Part shown: positions 10,138-19,528 of the stretch, one piece after another
Position numbering within the stretch: position 1 is the stretch's first letter
Layout: each line of letters starts with the position of its first letter
Assembly: GCA_963770565.1 (NCBI GenBank)
Contig: CAVYQE010000002.1
Span: 96,001-160,000 of the forward strand
Length of the DNA stretch: 64,000 nucleotides
Source: an uncultured Actinomycetota bacterium
Lineage (GTDB): Bacteria > Actinomycetota > Actinomycetes > JAFAQI01
Reading direction: 5' to 3'
Translations under genes and position numbers: made by a program
Notes under the pieces: generated by a model
Databases searched by the model: none
Told to the model about the DNA's origin: nothing
Seen by the model: only the letters and a program-made list of their open reading frames with translations

Positions 10138-11127
10138 TCACACCAAGTAGCCGACCAGCTCCACCGTGACGAGCGCCCTCCCGGAATGCGCCGCGGAACG
10201 GACCGCGATTGCCCGTGCGGAAGAGACAGCGGTCGTCACAGTGTTCGCCGTTCGTCCGCCGTGCGGACCCCACTCCGCCGCGACCACCGCAGGCGAGGTT
10301 CCCGCCGCACCGGCGTGGAGCACTCCGGCTTTCGTGGTGCCATTCACCGCAACGGTGTAGATCGCGCCATTGGCACCCTTCGGCAGATGCGCGGCGAGTG
10401 GGATCACTTTGGTCTCGTTGGCCGTGATCGGCGACTTCGAGTGGTACACGGTGGTCGGCTTGGTCAGCAGGACCGGGGACAACGGCGCGTTGAGCAGCCC
10501 AACCCGAAAGCCGTTCACCTTGATGCTCTGGTTGGCGAGAGTGTCGACGTACACGGCGAGCATGCAGCCGTGCGGAAACGGCCCGTTCACCGACTTGGGG
10601 ATGACGAGCCGGGTCACGTGCATGGACGATCCGGCGAACGGACCGAGCTGCGTGCTTGCAATCACGTTTCCGAGGGTCGCGATACCCGACGACCAGACTG
10701 CAACGGACAGAGTGGTGTTCGTGTTGGCGATGTAGTACACCTCGGCATCGCGCACCCGGGCGCCTGGTGGCAGCTCGAAGAAGCAGCCAAGAGGGTCGCT
10801 GGTAGTTGCGCTGACGCCCTCGCTCACGAACACCCGCCCGTCTGCCAAGCTGTTGAGCGGCGTAAGGTCACCCCAACTCGCGAACCGATAGGACACGCCG
10901 TGCTCCGGCGGCGAGCTGATCGAGGAGAGGCCGCCCGGCGTGCCCCGCGGGAGAGCACCCGCGCTGGGTACGACCACCGCCGGCGGCACAGCGGCCGACG
11001 CCACCGAACCCGTGCCGATCAGTGCGGCACCGCTCGCCGCCCCGGTCAGAAGACTTCTCCTGCTGATGTAGTGCGACCCCGATCCATGCCGAATTAGAGC
11101 ACGCCCGACAGGCGCGATGTGGCGCAC
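10138..11127 (-). CDS. Putative Tat-exported surface protein (start uncertain)
   Basis: SRRSLLTGAASGAALIG twin-arginine signal; C-terminal beta-rich domain ending VTVELVGYLV. Confidence 0.6.
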   Translation of the reverse strand: MRHIAPVGRALIRHGSGSHYISRRSLLTGAASGAALIGTGSVASAAVPPAVVVPSAGALPRGTPGGLSSISSPPEHGVSYRFASWGDLTPLNSLADGRVFVSEGVSATTSDPLGCFFELPPGARVRDAEVYYIANTNTTLSVAVWSSGIATLGNVIASTQLGPFAGSSMHVTRLVIPKSVNGPFPHGCMLAVYVDTLANQSIKVNGFRVGLLNAPLSPVLLTKPTTVYHSKSPITANETKVIPLAAHLPKGANGAIYTVAVNGTTKAGVLHAGAAGTSPAVVAAEWGPHGGRTANTVTTAVSSARAIAVRSAAHSGRALVTVELVGYLV

Positions 11128-11318
11128 AGGCCGATTATTGACGCCGTGTACGGGAAGCGGTTGTCCGATTGACGCGAACGCAACCCTTGTTCGGCCGGTT
11201 GACCACGTTCTAGCCAGGACAAACAGCCATGGCGGGTTAGGGGCCCGCTGTGACCTCCAACTCGCCATGATCTTGGCCACCGAGCGGCTGGTGGTCGAGT
11301 CTCTCCGGGCTGGTCGGG

Positions 11319-12341
11319 TCAGCGGGCCTGGCCGCTGTGCGGCGCGACTTGCAGGCTCGACTCGTCCACCGCCTGGAAGGCACTCGCCGGGATCGTCTTG
11401 AGTTGCTCGATCATCGTGTCCGACCACTTGGTGCTGGCCTCGCCCTGGAAGTACCACGGCGACCCGTTGTCCGCGAGGATCAGCCCGAAGGTCTTCATCG
11501 CCTGCAGGACGACTCTGGTGGCCCGGCTGTATCCGGTCATCGAGAAGCTCGCCTTCAACCGGAACCGCGCGCCCATCGGCGGGTAGTCGAGGCTGCGCTT
11601 GCTCCCGGCCTGGTGCTCGGCCGGCCAGATGAAGTGCTCCGACGTCACCGGCGCGGTGAACCGGATCGCGTGGTCGACGTACCCGGCTCGGACCTCGCTC
11701 GGCCGCAACAGCCCGGGCAGGATCGGAAGCCCGGCGGCGTCCGCCGAGGTCAGACCGCTGGCGCCGAGGTTCAGGTGCGCCTTGAAGCGCAGCTTGTTGC
11801 TGTTGAGGTTCCAGACCGCGCCGGATCCGGCGGTCCAGCCCTTGTTGGTGTCGCGGGTGGCGAAGGTCTCGTAGTCCAGGCAGGTCGCCTTGTCGACGAC
11901 GATCGCGTGCCGGTCGCCGCCAGCGTTCCGGCCGCCCTCGATCTTCGTGTCCTTGCCAAGCGGGTAACGGACGTGATCGCTCTCCGAGCCGTACATGAAC
12001 TTCACGTGCACCTTCGGGTGGCTGGCACTCACAACCGTGATCGGGATGCCGTACGGCACCGGCTGAGCGCCGAACGACGGACCGAAGTCGGGGTGCAGCA
12101 GGTCGGACCGCCCGATGTGCTTCACCCACTCCGCGCTGTGCTTGTTGACCGGCAGCTTGCTGATATCGGTGTTCCAGACGTTGTCAGCCGGGAAGACCGC
12201 GCACGTCGTACCCGGCAGGTGGCTCGGCGGAGGCGTCGCCGCGGCTCGCCCGGCAGGCACCGAGCCCGCGGCGGGTATGGCAATGACACAACCTGCGGCG
12301 GCGAGCATTGCGGCGGCCGCGGACCCCACGAGACGTCTCAT
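11319..12341 (-). CDS. Secreted conserved hypothetical protein
   Basis: Sec signal peptide; FPADNVWNTDIS, GDRHAIVVD, SADAAGLPILPGL, HAIRFT, PPMGARFRLK, FGLILADNGS blocks of a widespread uncharacterised family. Confidence 0.8.
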   Translation of the reverse strand: MRRLVGSAAAAMLAAAGCVIAIPAAGSVPAGRAAATPPPSHLPGTTCAVFPADNVWNTDISKLPVNKHSAEWVKHIGRSDLLHPDFGPSFGAQPVPYGIPITVVSASHPKVHVKFMYGSESDHVRYPLGKDTKIEGGRNAGGDRHAIVVDKATCLDYETFATRDTNKGWTAGSGAVWNLNSNKLRFKAHLNLGASGLTSADAAGLPILPGLLRPSEVRAGYVDHAIRFTAPVTSEHFIWPAEHQAGSKRSLDYPPMGARFRLKASFSMTGYSRATRVVLQAMKTFGLILADNGSPWYFQGEASTKWSDTMIEQLKTIPASAFQAVDESSLQVAPHSGQAR

Positions 12342-12419
12342 TCCGTGTATATCGGCACGCAGACACCCCCGTTACACCTTTCTCGGCCACGATCTCGGTG
12401 CTTCGATCAGGTCACCGCT

Positions 12420-13727
12420 CTATCCGGACCGGGCTTCCTCGAGGCCGGCGTCGATATCCGTCATCGCCAGCAGCACCCCGCCGGCGATGAACAGCACCAG
12501 CAACGACAGGATCGCCTGCCGAAACGAGCCAGTCGCGTTGACGACGATCGTGAAGAGCAGCGGCGCCGCCCAGGAGGTCCCTTCGTTGGCGACTTCGTAG
12601 AGCCCGAAGTACGTCGCTTCGTGTCCGGCCGGCACGAGCTGCGACCACAGCGATCGCGCGAGTGCCTGCGAGCCGCCGAGCACGATGCCGATCGCGATCC
12701 CCACCCCAACCGCCTGCGACTTCGAGTGCAGCTCGAGGTAGGTGTAGAGGATCAGCAGGCACCACACGACCAGGGTGGCGAGAATCGCGCGCTGCGCGCC
12801 GATCCGTGCGGCAATGCGGGCCGCAAGCACCGCGCCGCCCATCGCGACGAACTGGATCAACAGGATCAACGCGAACAGGAACGTCGCCGCCTTCGAGGCG
12901 CTGTCGCCGAACAACTCGTGCGTGATGAACGTCGACGAAAGTCCGATGACTGCGGAGATCGCATCGGAGAACAGCAGGTACGCGATCAGGTAGCGCCGGG
13001 TGTTCGGCCGATGAGCCAGCACCCTGGCCGCATCGGCCAGCCGGGCGCGCGCTCTTGTCCGGCCGCCGAGCGGATGCAGCTCTCGCGGCGGCGGCAGCAT
13101 CCTCAGCGACCACAGCCCGAAGCCGGCCCACCACAGTCCGGCCGAGACGAAGCAGATCCGCACTGCGGTCGGCTTGTCGAGCCCGATCGCGTGGTGGGCG
13201 AGGAGCAGAGCCAGGTTGAGCGCGAGCAGCAGGCCGCCGCCGAGGTAGCCGTACGCGAAGCCCCGGCTCGACAACGCGTCGCGCTCCCCAGGAGCCGCCA
13301 GCGCCGGCAGGAGTGAGTTGTAGAGGACGTTGGACGCGCCGTACGTGAGACTTCCGAGCAGCATCAGGATGCCGGCCGCGACGTAGTCGCCGCCCGAGGT
13401 GGCCGCGAATGCCACCGCGATCGCGGAGCCGCCAACGCAGGCGAATGCGAGCCAACGTTCGACCGACCGGCGATGGTCGGCGGCCGCACCGAGCAGCGGC
13501 AGTACGGCGACCTGGGCGAGCGCCGCGATCGTGATCACCAGCGAGGGGTAGGACTCGGTCCGCAGGTGCAGCGGGCCGACCGACACCAGGATCGACCGCT
13601 TCGCGTGATGCTTGGTCACGAGTGCGAGCAGCCACGGACCGACCAGCACGGTAGAGACCGTGGTCTCCCAGCCGTGGTTCGCCCAGGAGTACATCGACCA
13701 GCCCTTGACGGCACGGTCGTCGGCCAC
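12420..13727 (-). CDS. MFS transporter, Atg22/UMF1 (YxiO-like) family
   Basis: WSMYSWANH, YNSLLP, SSRGFAYGYLGG, GGSQALARSL motifs. Confidence 0.88.
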   Translation of the reverse strand: MADDRAVKGWSMYSWANHGWETTVSTVLVGPWLLALVTKHHAKRSILVSVGPLHLRTESYPSLVITIAALAQVAVLPLLGAAADHRRSVERWLAFACVGGSAIAVAFAATSGGDYVAAGILMLLGSLTYGASNVLYNSLLPALAAPGERDALSSRGFAYGYLGGGLLLALNLALLLAHHAIGLDKPTAVRICFVSAGLWWAGFGLWSLRMLPPPRELHPLGGRTRARARLADAARVLAHRPNTRRYLIAYLLFSDAISAVIGLSSTFITHELFGDSASKAATFLFALILLIQFVAMGGAVLAARIAARIGAQRAILATLVVWCLLILYTYLELHSKSQAVGVGIAIGIVLGGSQALARSLWSQLVPAGHEATYFGLYEVANEGTSWAAPLLFTIVVNATGSFRQAILSLLVLFIAGGVLLAMTDIDAGLEEARSG

Positions 13728-13776
13728 GCGGTGAGCGTGTCACAACGGCGGAAGCGGATCGCCCTAAAGTGGCGGC

Positions 13777-14247
13777 ATGCTGCTCAGCGGGTTCAACCAC
13801 GTGGCCACCCTCACCAACGACAGCGATCGGCTGCACGCCTTCTACCGCGAGGTCTTCGACGCCGAGGTCGTCCGCGACGGCGCCGAGTTCGCCGACCAGG
13901 GCGGACCCCGCCTGTCGGTGATCAGGATCGGTCCGGGCTCCGAGCTCAACGTGTTCGAGATCGACGGAAACACCGAGGCCGACCGGCAGACCCCGATGTT
14001 CGGCCGGGGCCGGATCGACCACCTCGCCCTCGAGGCGTCGTCACTGGAGAGCTTCGAAGAGTTGCGAAGCCGGCTGATGGCCCGAGGTGCAGCCGATGAC
14101 TTCGTGACCGACTTCGGGTCGATCCTGAGCGTCTTCTTCCGCGATCCCGACGGGCTCGAATGTGAGCTGGTCGTACCGAACCCGGATGCGGCGGCGGACG
14201 TTCACAACCCACCGGGCACCCGCGCCGCGCGGTACCCGGCCGCCTGA
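13777..14247 (+). CDS. VOC/glyoxalase family protein
   Basis: FNHVATLT...FYREVF, IDHLAL, SVFFRDPDGLECEL. Confidence 0.9.
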   Translation: MLLSGFNHVATLTNDSDRLHAFYREVFDAEVVRDGAEFADQGGPRLSVIRIGPGSELNVFEIDGNTEADRQTPMFGRGRIDHLALEASSLESFEELRSRLMARGAADDFVTDFGSILSVFFRDPDGLECELVVPNPDAAADVHNPPGTRAARYPAA

Positions 14248-14395
14248 CACGATTGCGTATCGCCTCGCACAGGGCGGACGTCGTGATGACCGAGCGAGCC
14301 GGAACGCACGGCGACCCGTTCTGGCAGAACGAGTGTCCGCTGATGGTGGCCTGGGCGTTTGGCTTGCGAGTACGAATTGCCGCGTGCCGGTCTGG

Positions 14396-15364
14396 TCAGG
14401 TCGGGTAACGCACGTACGCCGTACCGAGGGTGCGGACGAAGTCGGGGTCGGCGACCGGGTCGGCCGGGATGTCGAGCGGCTCGTCGCAGCCGGCGAAGTC
14501 GGCAGCGAACCGGCTGAGCACCTCGTCAAGGTCGAGATCCTCGGTGTGGTCGTCATGCCGGCGCCGGTCGGCCTCGTCGTGGAAGGCGATTGCCTTCCAC
14601 GACAAGCTCACCCGCAACTGTTCGGCCGGGAACACGGCCCGGTCAACGCCCTCCTCGGAGATGGCCCAGGCGCCGCTGTCGCGACGGACCAGCTCGGCTT
14701 CGCGGGTCAGCGTCACCATGCCGTCCTCGACCCGCCCGGTCGGGCGCACCCGGTGCCACATGAAGTCGTTGTCGGCGACGATCGCCGTGTTGTCGATCGC
14801 CCCCTCGTGCACGACCGACGCGCCGTCGACGCCGGCTGGCCAGTATTCGAAGCCGCCGTCGGCACCGCGATAGAACCAGGCGACCGCGGTCGCCACCTTC
14901 ACCCGCGCGTCCTCGAACAGCCCGGACAACCCCATCATGGTCAGGAACGTGATCGGGTACTTCGTACGGTCGAAGCCGCGGAACGCCGGCACGTCGGTGT
15001 GACCTGCGCCTTGGGCGAACGGCAGCTGCCAGGTGAGGTTGACGTAGACGGTTGTCGGCCGGACGATCTCCGCACCGAAGAGCCGACGTGCGGCGTCCGC
15101 GAAGCGCGCGCTCTCGAGGATCGGCCGTACGCCGTGCAGCGGCTCGCCGTCGGTCGCCCAGTTGCCGCGGAAGACCGGCGCGATGATCATCTGGGCCGGC
15201 TCCGCCTGCCCCGACAGGGCCGCGTACTCGGCGCTGTTGGCGAAGTATCGCTGCACCGGCCAGTACGGCTGATGCGCGTCGATCAGTGACCGGACCAGTC
15301 CCGGGTCGTCGACAGCGGTGTCGAGCACGACCGGCGGGCGTGGAAGCGGCGTGCCTTCTCCCAT
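14396..15364 (-). CDS. Hypothetical protein, probable 2OG-Fe(II) oxygenase fold
   Basis: HxD (GHTDVP), GGFEYW, distal His (MWHRV) and RxS (LRVSLSW) in the expected order. Confidence 0.6.
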   Translation of the reverse strand: MGEGTPLPRPPVVLDTAVDDPGLVRSLIDAHQPYWPVQRYFANSAEYAALSGQAEPAQMIIAPVFRGNWATDGEPLHGVRPILESARFADAARRLFGAEIVRPTTVYVNLTWQLPFAQGAGHTDVPAFRGFDRTKYPITFLTMMGLSGLFEDARVKVATAVAWFYRGADGGFEYWPAGVDGASVVHEGAIDNTAIVADNDFMWHRVRPTGRVEDGMVTLTREAELVRRDSGAWAISEEGVDRAVFPAEQLRVSLSWKAIAFHDEADRRRHDDHTEDLDLDEVLSRFAADFAGCDEPLDIPADPVADPDFVRTLGTAYVRYPT

Positions 15365-15384
15365 CAGATCTGCGGCCGGATCGA

Positions 15385-15591
15385 CTACTGGTGTTCTGCG
15401 GTTCGAGCCGCCTCAGCAGCTTCGACCGCGGCAGTCATTCGGGCCGCCGCCGCCCGCACAACGCGGTCCTCATCGGCGGTGAGGTCCGCGGCCCGCATCT
15501 CGATAACCCATGCGATGCGTTCTAGGTCGAACACGATCCAGGGCGTCAGCCGATCGTCAACCGCCCATGCCCTGAACGTCGCTTCGTCCAT
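15385..15591 (-). CDS. Small hypothetical protein
   Basis: MDEATFRAWAVDDRLTPW..., 68 aa, ends 20 bp before the oxygenase-like gene. Confidence 0.45.
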   Translation of the reverse strand: MDEATFRAWAVDDRLTPWIVFDLERIAWVIEMRAADLTADEDRVVRAAAARMTAAVEAAEAARTAEHQ

Positions 15592-15809
15592 TCGTGCAGT
15601 CTGAGCCACCAGACGGGCTTTGTCATCACACGTGATTCGTGCGAGACGGCACGAGATCACGTCTGATGGAGCGGCATCCGCCGGGGCGGCAGGGTGCGCC
15701 GGAGCTGTGGGCCTTGACGTCGGCAACCGTTCGGTTCGTGAGCCGTTACGGGTGGCGGGGCACTTCTAGCGGCTCACACATCGCTCGGCGGTGGTGGGCG
15801 ACGCGGGGC

Positions 15810-16364
15810 TCAGTCGCGAACGACCAGGGTGTCGAGCGGCGTGCGGCTGAAGACCTCGCGCGCCATCGGCAGGAAGCGGTCCAGCGACTCGGTCGGGTAC
15901 GCCGGATCGAACGACCGTTGGTCCCATCGCTCGCAAAACCGCACGCAGGCCTTGAAGTACGGGTTGCTCCGGTAGGCGTCGCGCATCGTGCGGTCCTTGC
16001 CGATGTGGTGGAAGTAGTAGTAGCCCTGGAACAGGTCGTGGTGCTTGACCACCCACCAGTTCTGGTCACCGACGAACGGGCGCAGCACCGCCGCCGCGAC
16101 CTCGGCGTGATTGTCCGGGGCGAGCGAGTCCCCGATGTCGTGCAGCAGCGCACACACGACCGTCTCGTCGTCCTCGCCGTCGTGCAGCGCCCGGCTCGCG
16201 GTCTGCAGGGAATGGACGTACCGGTCGACGGCCGCCGTACCCGGGTCCTCTTCCTTCAGCAACTCGAGCTGGGCGAGCACGAAGTCGAGGGTGGGCGGCG
16301 CCGCGATGGTGTCGAGATCCGCGCAGTCCTCGGCGGTCATGTGATCCATGCGCGTGTAGGTCAT
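15810..16364 (-). CDS. HD-domain protein, PhnZ/TmpB-like (COG4341 type)
   Basis: H (VHSLQTA), HD (LLHDIG), H (NHAE), H (KHHD), D (WDQ) di-iron ligand pattern; 6 bp downstream of sqdB. Confidence 0.8.
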   Translation of the reverse strand: MTYTRMDHMTAEDCADLDTIAAPPTLDFVLAQLELLKEEDPGTAAVDRYVHSLQTASRALHDGEDDETVVCALLHDIGDSLAPDNHAEVAAAVLRPFVGDQNWWVVKHHDLFQGYYYFHHIGKDRTMRDAYRSNPYFKACVRFCERWDQRSFDPAYPTESLDRFLPMAREVFSRTPLDTLVVRD

Positions 16365-16370
16365 GGTGCG

Positions 16371-17558
16371 TCAGTCGTGTTGGCGCCAGAGCGAGCGCGC
16401 CGGGATCTTGTCGACGTCGACCCGGTCGACGAAGCGCTGCGCGATCGCAGTCACCTCTTCCAGCAGGCCCTCCTCGAGTGTGATCGGCGAGAGCCCGAGC
16501 TCGATCAGCTGGCCGTTCTCGACCAGCAGGTCGTTCTCCTCGGCCTCGTTGCGCGGGTTCTTGACGTGGTCGATCTCGACGCCGGTGAGCCGCGAGACCA
16601 GCTTGGCGAGGTCGATCAGGCGATGCGTCTCGGTCATCTGGTTGAAGACCCGCACCCGCTGGCCCTTGGCCGGCGGCTGCTCCAACGCAAGCTGGATGCA
16701 GCGAACCGTGTCCTGGATATGAATGAACGCACGGGTCTGGCCACCGGTGCCGTGCACGGTCAGCGGGTAGCCGATCGCCGACTGCATCAGGAAGCGGTTG
16801 AGCACCGTGCCGTAGTCGCCGTCGTAGTCGAACCGGTTGATCAGCCGGTCGTCCCGACTGGTCTCAGCGGTCTGCGTGCCCCAGACGATGCCCTGGTGGA
16901 GGTCGGTGACCCGAAGGGCGTCGTTCTTGTTGTAGTAGGCGAACAGCAGCTGGTCCTGCGTCTTGGTCATGTGGTAGATCGAGCCCGGGTTCGGCGGGTA
17001 GAGGATCTCCGACGACACCGTCTCGCCGTTGCCGATCGGGATCTCGACCTGCAGGTATCCCTCGGGGATCTTGACCCCGGCCGTGCCATAGCCGTAGACG
17101 CCCATCGTGCCCAGGTGGATCACGTGGATGTCGAGGTCGGCCTCGACGATCGCGGCCAGCAGGTTGTTGGTGGCGTTGAGGTTGTTGCTGACCGTGTAGC
17201 GCTTGTGCCATGACGACTTCATCGAGTACGGCGCGGCCCGCTGCTCGGCGAAGTGGACGACCGCGTCCGGCTGCCAGTCCTGCAGCAGCGTGAGCAGCCG
17301 GTGGTAGTGGACCGCAACGTCGAAACGGTCGAACCCGATCTCCTTGCCGCTGAGCTCACGCCAGGTCTTCAGCCGGATCCCCATCGGCGTGATCGGCGTC
17401 AGCGACGACGCCTCAAGCTCGATGTCGGCCTGCCGCCGGGCGAAGTTGTCGACGATCCGCACATCGTGGCCCTGCTCCGACAGGTGCAGTGCAGTCGGCC
17501 ACCCGCAGAAGCCGTCGCCACCGAGAATCAGGACCTTCACCGGACCACCTTTCGCCAT
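16371..17558 (-). CDS. sqdB: UDP-sulfoquinovose synthase
   Basis: GGDGFCGWPTALHLS, HFAEQRAAPYSMKS, HLGTMGVYGY, PGSIYHMTK, RFDYDGDYGTVLNRF, NPRNEAEEN. Confidence 0.95.
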   Translation of the reverse strand: MAKGGPVKVLILGGDGFCGWPTALHLSEQGHDVRIVDNFARRQADIELEASSLTPITPMGIRLKTWRELSGKEIGFDRFDVAVHYHRLLTLLQDWQPDAVVHFAEQRAAPYSMKSSWHKRYTVSNNLNATNNLLAAIVEADLDIHVIHLGTMGVYGYGTAGVKIPEGYLQVEIPIGNGETVSSEILYPPNPGSIYHMTKTQDQLLFAYYNKNDALRVTDLHQGIVWGTQTAETSRDDRLINRFDYDGDYGTVLNRFLMQSAIGYPLTVHGTGGQTRAFIHIQDTVRCIQLALEQPPAKGQRVRVFNQMTETHRLIDLAKLVSRLTGVEIDHVKNPRNEAEENDLLVENGQLIELGLSPITLEEGLLEEVTAIAQRFVDRVDVDKIPARSLWRQHD

Positions 17559-17636
17559 GCCGTGCCGAGTCGCGCCATGCTCAGGGCTGCCGGGATCGCC
17601 GGCAGGCCGCCCCGAGCCTAGCGACAGCAGCGGCCG

Positions 17637-18644
17637 CTACGCGGGGGCGGAGCGTTTGGCCCGCCAGGCCGGCACCGAGACCACGGCCAGCACGGTCAGC
17701 TCAGCAAGCACGGTCACCAACCTCGACGTGATCGCCGCGGCCTGCAGCTCGGCGTGCGGATAGAGGTTGCGCAGCATCCAGATGTAGACGACCTCACGGA
17801 CGCCTACCCCGCCGGGCGCGAACACAACCACCAGGCCGACCGCCCACGCCACGCACGTTGCGCCCGCGACGTACAGCGGGTAGGTCGGGTTGCGGATGCC
17901 GGAGACCGCGAGCTGGCTGAGGATGCCCGCGATGCCGTAGGCGACATACCCGAAGGAGTAGGTGCCGGTCGCCCGGACCACGCCGGCGTGAGTGACCCTG
18001 GTACGCCGCTCGAGCCAGCGCCCGCACAACGTGGGCACTACGACGACGATCGCAAGCGGCAGGTAGATCGGGTTGTGCACGGTCGCCCACAACGCGCCGA
18101 CGCCGAGCGCGGCCGCCAGCACGATGACGTTCTCGGCCGCGACCGCGGCGGCTTTGTCGCGAACCCGTCCCTGCACGGTCGTGGCCCGAGTGAGCGGGGC
18201 CCAGATCCCGCCCGGGAGATAGCGGGTGACCTGCGTCTTGCACCACTGCTCGACCGGCAGCCGGTGAATGCGTTCGGTGATCAGCACGGACCAGCCGAAG
18301 GCAAGCGCGACCCACCAGACCAACGCCGCGGCGTACGCGAGCACGAGCGCCCAGATCCTGACCGTGGACAGGTCGATCTTGGTCGCGGCTCGATAGGCGA
18401 TGTAGCCGACGAGGATCAGCGCGAGCGGGAGGTAGACGACCCGCGCGATCGCGATCGCCCGTGGCGCTCGGCGCTCGAGCTCCTTGAAGCGCTCGTGCCC
18501 GCGCATCAGCAGCCGATGACTGCGGGTCATCAGCCCGACCTTGGCGGGCCCGGTCTTGGTTGGCTCAGTCGTGGTCGGCTCAGTCGTGGCGGGCGCAGCC
18601 TCGGCGGGGAGCTCGAGACCTTCCTGCTCGGGCGCGATCGACAT
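17637..18644 (-). CDS. Lysylphosphatidylglycerol-synthase-TM / flippase-like membrane protein
   Basis: RYLPGGIW and APGGVGVRE motifs, multi-TM; ATG overlaps the GT2 stop (TGATG). Confidence 0.75.
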   Translation of the reverse strand: MSIAPEQEGLELPAEAAPATTEPTTTEPTKTGPAKVGLMTRSHRLLMRGHERFKELERRAPRAIAIARVVYLPLALILVGYIAYRAATKIDLSTVRIWALVLAYAAALVWWVALAFGWSVLITERIHRLPVEQWCKTQVTRYLPGGIWAPLTRATTVQGRVRDKAAAVAAENVIVLAAALGVGALWATVHNPIYLPLAIVVVVPTLCGRWLERRTRVTHAGVVRATGTYSFGYVAYGIAGILSQLAVSGIRNPTYPLYVAGATCVAWAVGLVVVFAPGGVGVREVVYIWMLRNLYPHAELQAAAITSRLVTVLAELTVLAVVSVPAWRAKRSAPA

Positions 18645-19465
18645 CAGCCGCCGGCCAGCCGACCGGCCCGTCTGGCCCGGTTCCACTCGCGCCACCACGT
18701 GGTCAGGATTACCCGGGCGTAGCGCCCGGCATACAGAACGTTGTGCCCCTTCTTGCTCTCGCCCGCGAGCCGCTTATGCATCGTGATCGGGCGCTCGGCG
18801 ATCCGGTAGCCGTGGTAGATCGCCCCGATCAGCAGCTCCGAGGTCTGATACTGCACCTGCACCTGCGGCACGGTCTGGGTGACCTCGACCCGCATCGCGC
18901 GGAAGCCGCTCGACGTATCGGTGACGTGGGTGCGGGTAAGCAGGCTCACCAGCTTGGCGAAAACGGTTACGCCGGCGTGCCGGAACCGGTCGTCGGTCTC
19001 CGCCACCCCGAGGACTCGGGAGCCGATGACGAAGTCGGCCTCGTCCTGGACCAGCGGCTCGAGCACAGTCGGGATCTCGACCGGGTCCCACTGCATGTCG
19101 GCGTCGAGGGTGACGACGTACTGCGCGGCGAACTCGCTGGCCAGCTGGTAGCCAAGCCGCAGGGCCACCCCGTGGCCGCAGTTGCGCTCGAGCCGGGCCA
19201 GATAGACGCCCTCCCGGTCACGGACGACGTCGCTGGTGCCGTCGGTGCTGCCGTCGTCGATCACCAGGGTGTCGACCTCGAGCCCGCAGGCGGTCGCCGG
19301 GATCGCGTCGAGCACCGCGCCAAGGCTGTCCTGCTCGTTGAGCGCGGCGATGATCGCAACCGTCGGCGCCAGCTTGAGCGACGCGTGTCTGGTCCGGAAG
19401 TCTTCGAGCGCGGCCGACCTGACCTGGCCGATATACGGCCGGTCCTTGCGGTTGGTCGCGGACAC
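18644..19465 (-). CDS. GT2 glycosyltransferase, polyprenol-phosphate glycosyltransferase (DPM1-like)
   Basis: IIAALNEQ, VIDDGSTDGT, NCGHGVAL, TLDADMQ, VIGSR, TDTSSGFRA. Confidence 0.92.
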   Translation of the reverse strand: MSATNRKDRPYIGQVRSAALEDFRTRHASLKLAPTVAIIAALNEQDSLGAVLDAIPATACGLEVDTLVIDDGSTDGTSDVVRDREGVYLARLERNCGHGVALRLGYQLASEFAAQYVVTLDADMQWDPVEIPTVLEPLVQDEADFVIGSRVLGVAETDDRFRHAGVTVFAKLVSLLTRTHVTDTSSGFRAMRVEVTQTVPQVQVQYQTSELLIGAIYHGYRIAERPITMHKRLAGESKKGHNVLYAGRYARVILTTWWREWNRARRAGRLAGG

Positions 19466-19528
19466 GACCCATACCCTACGGTTCGGCGGTACTAGCGATA
19501 CATCGAACGATCTCGACAGGAACATCTC

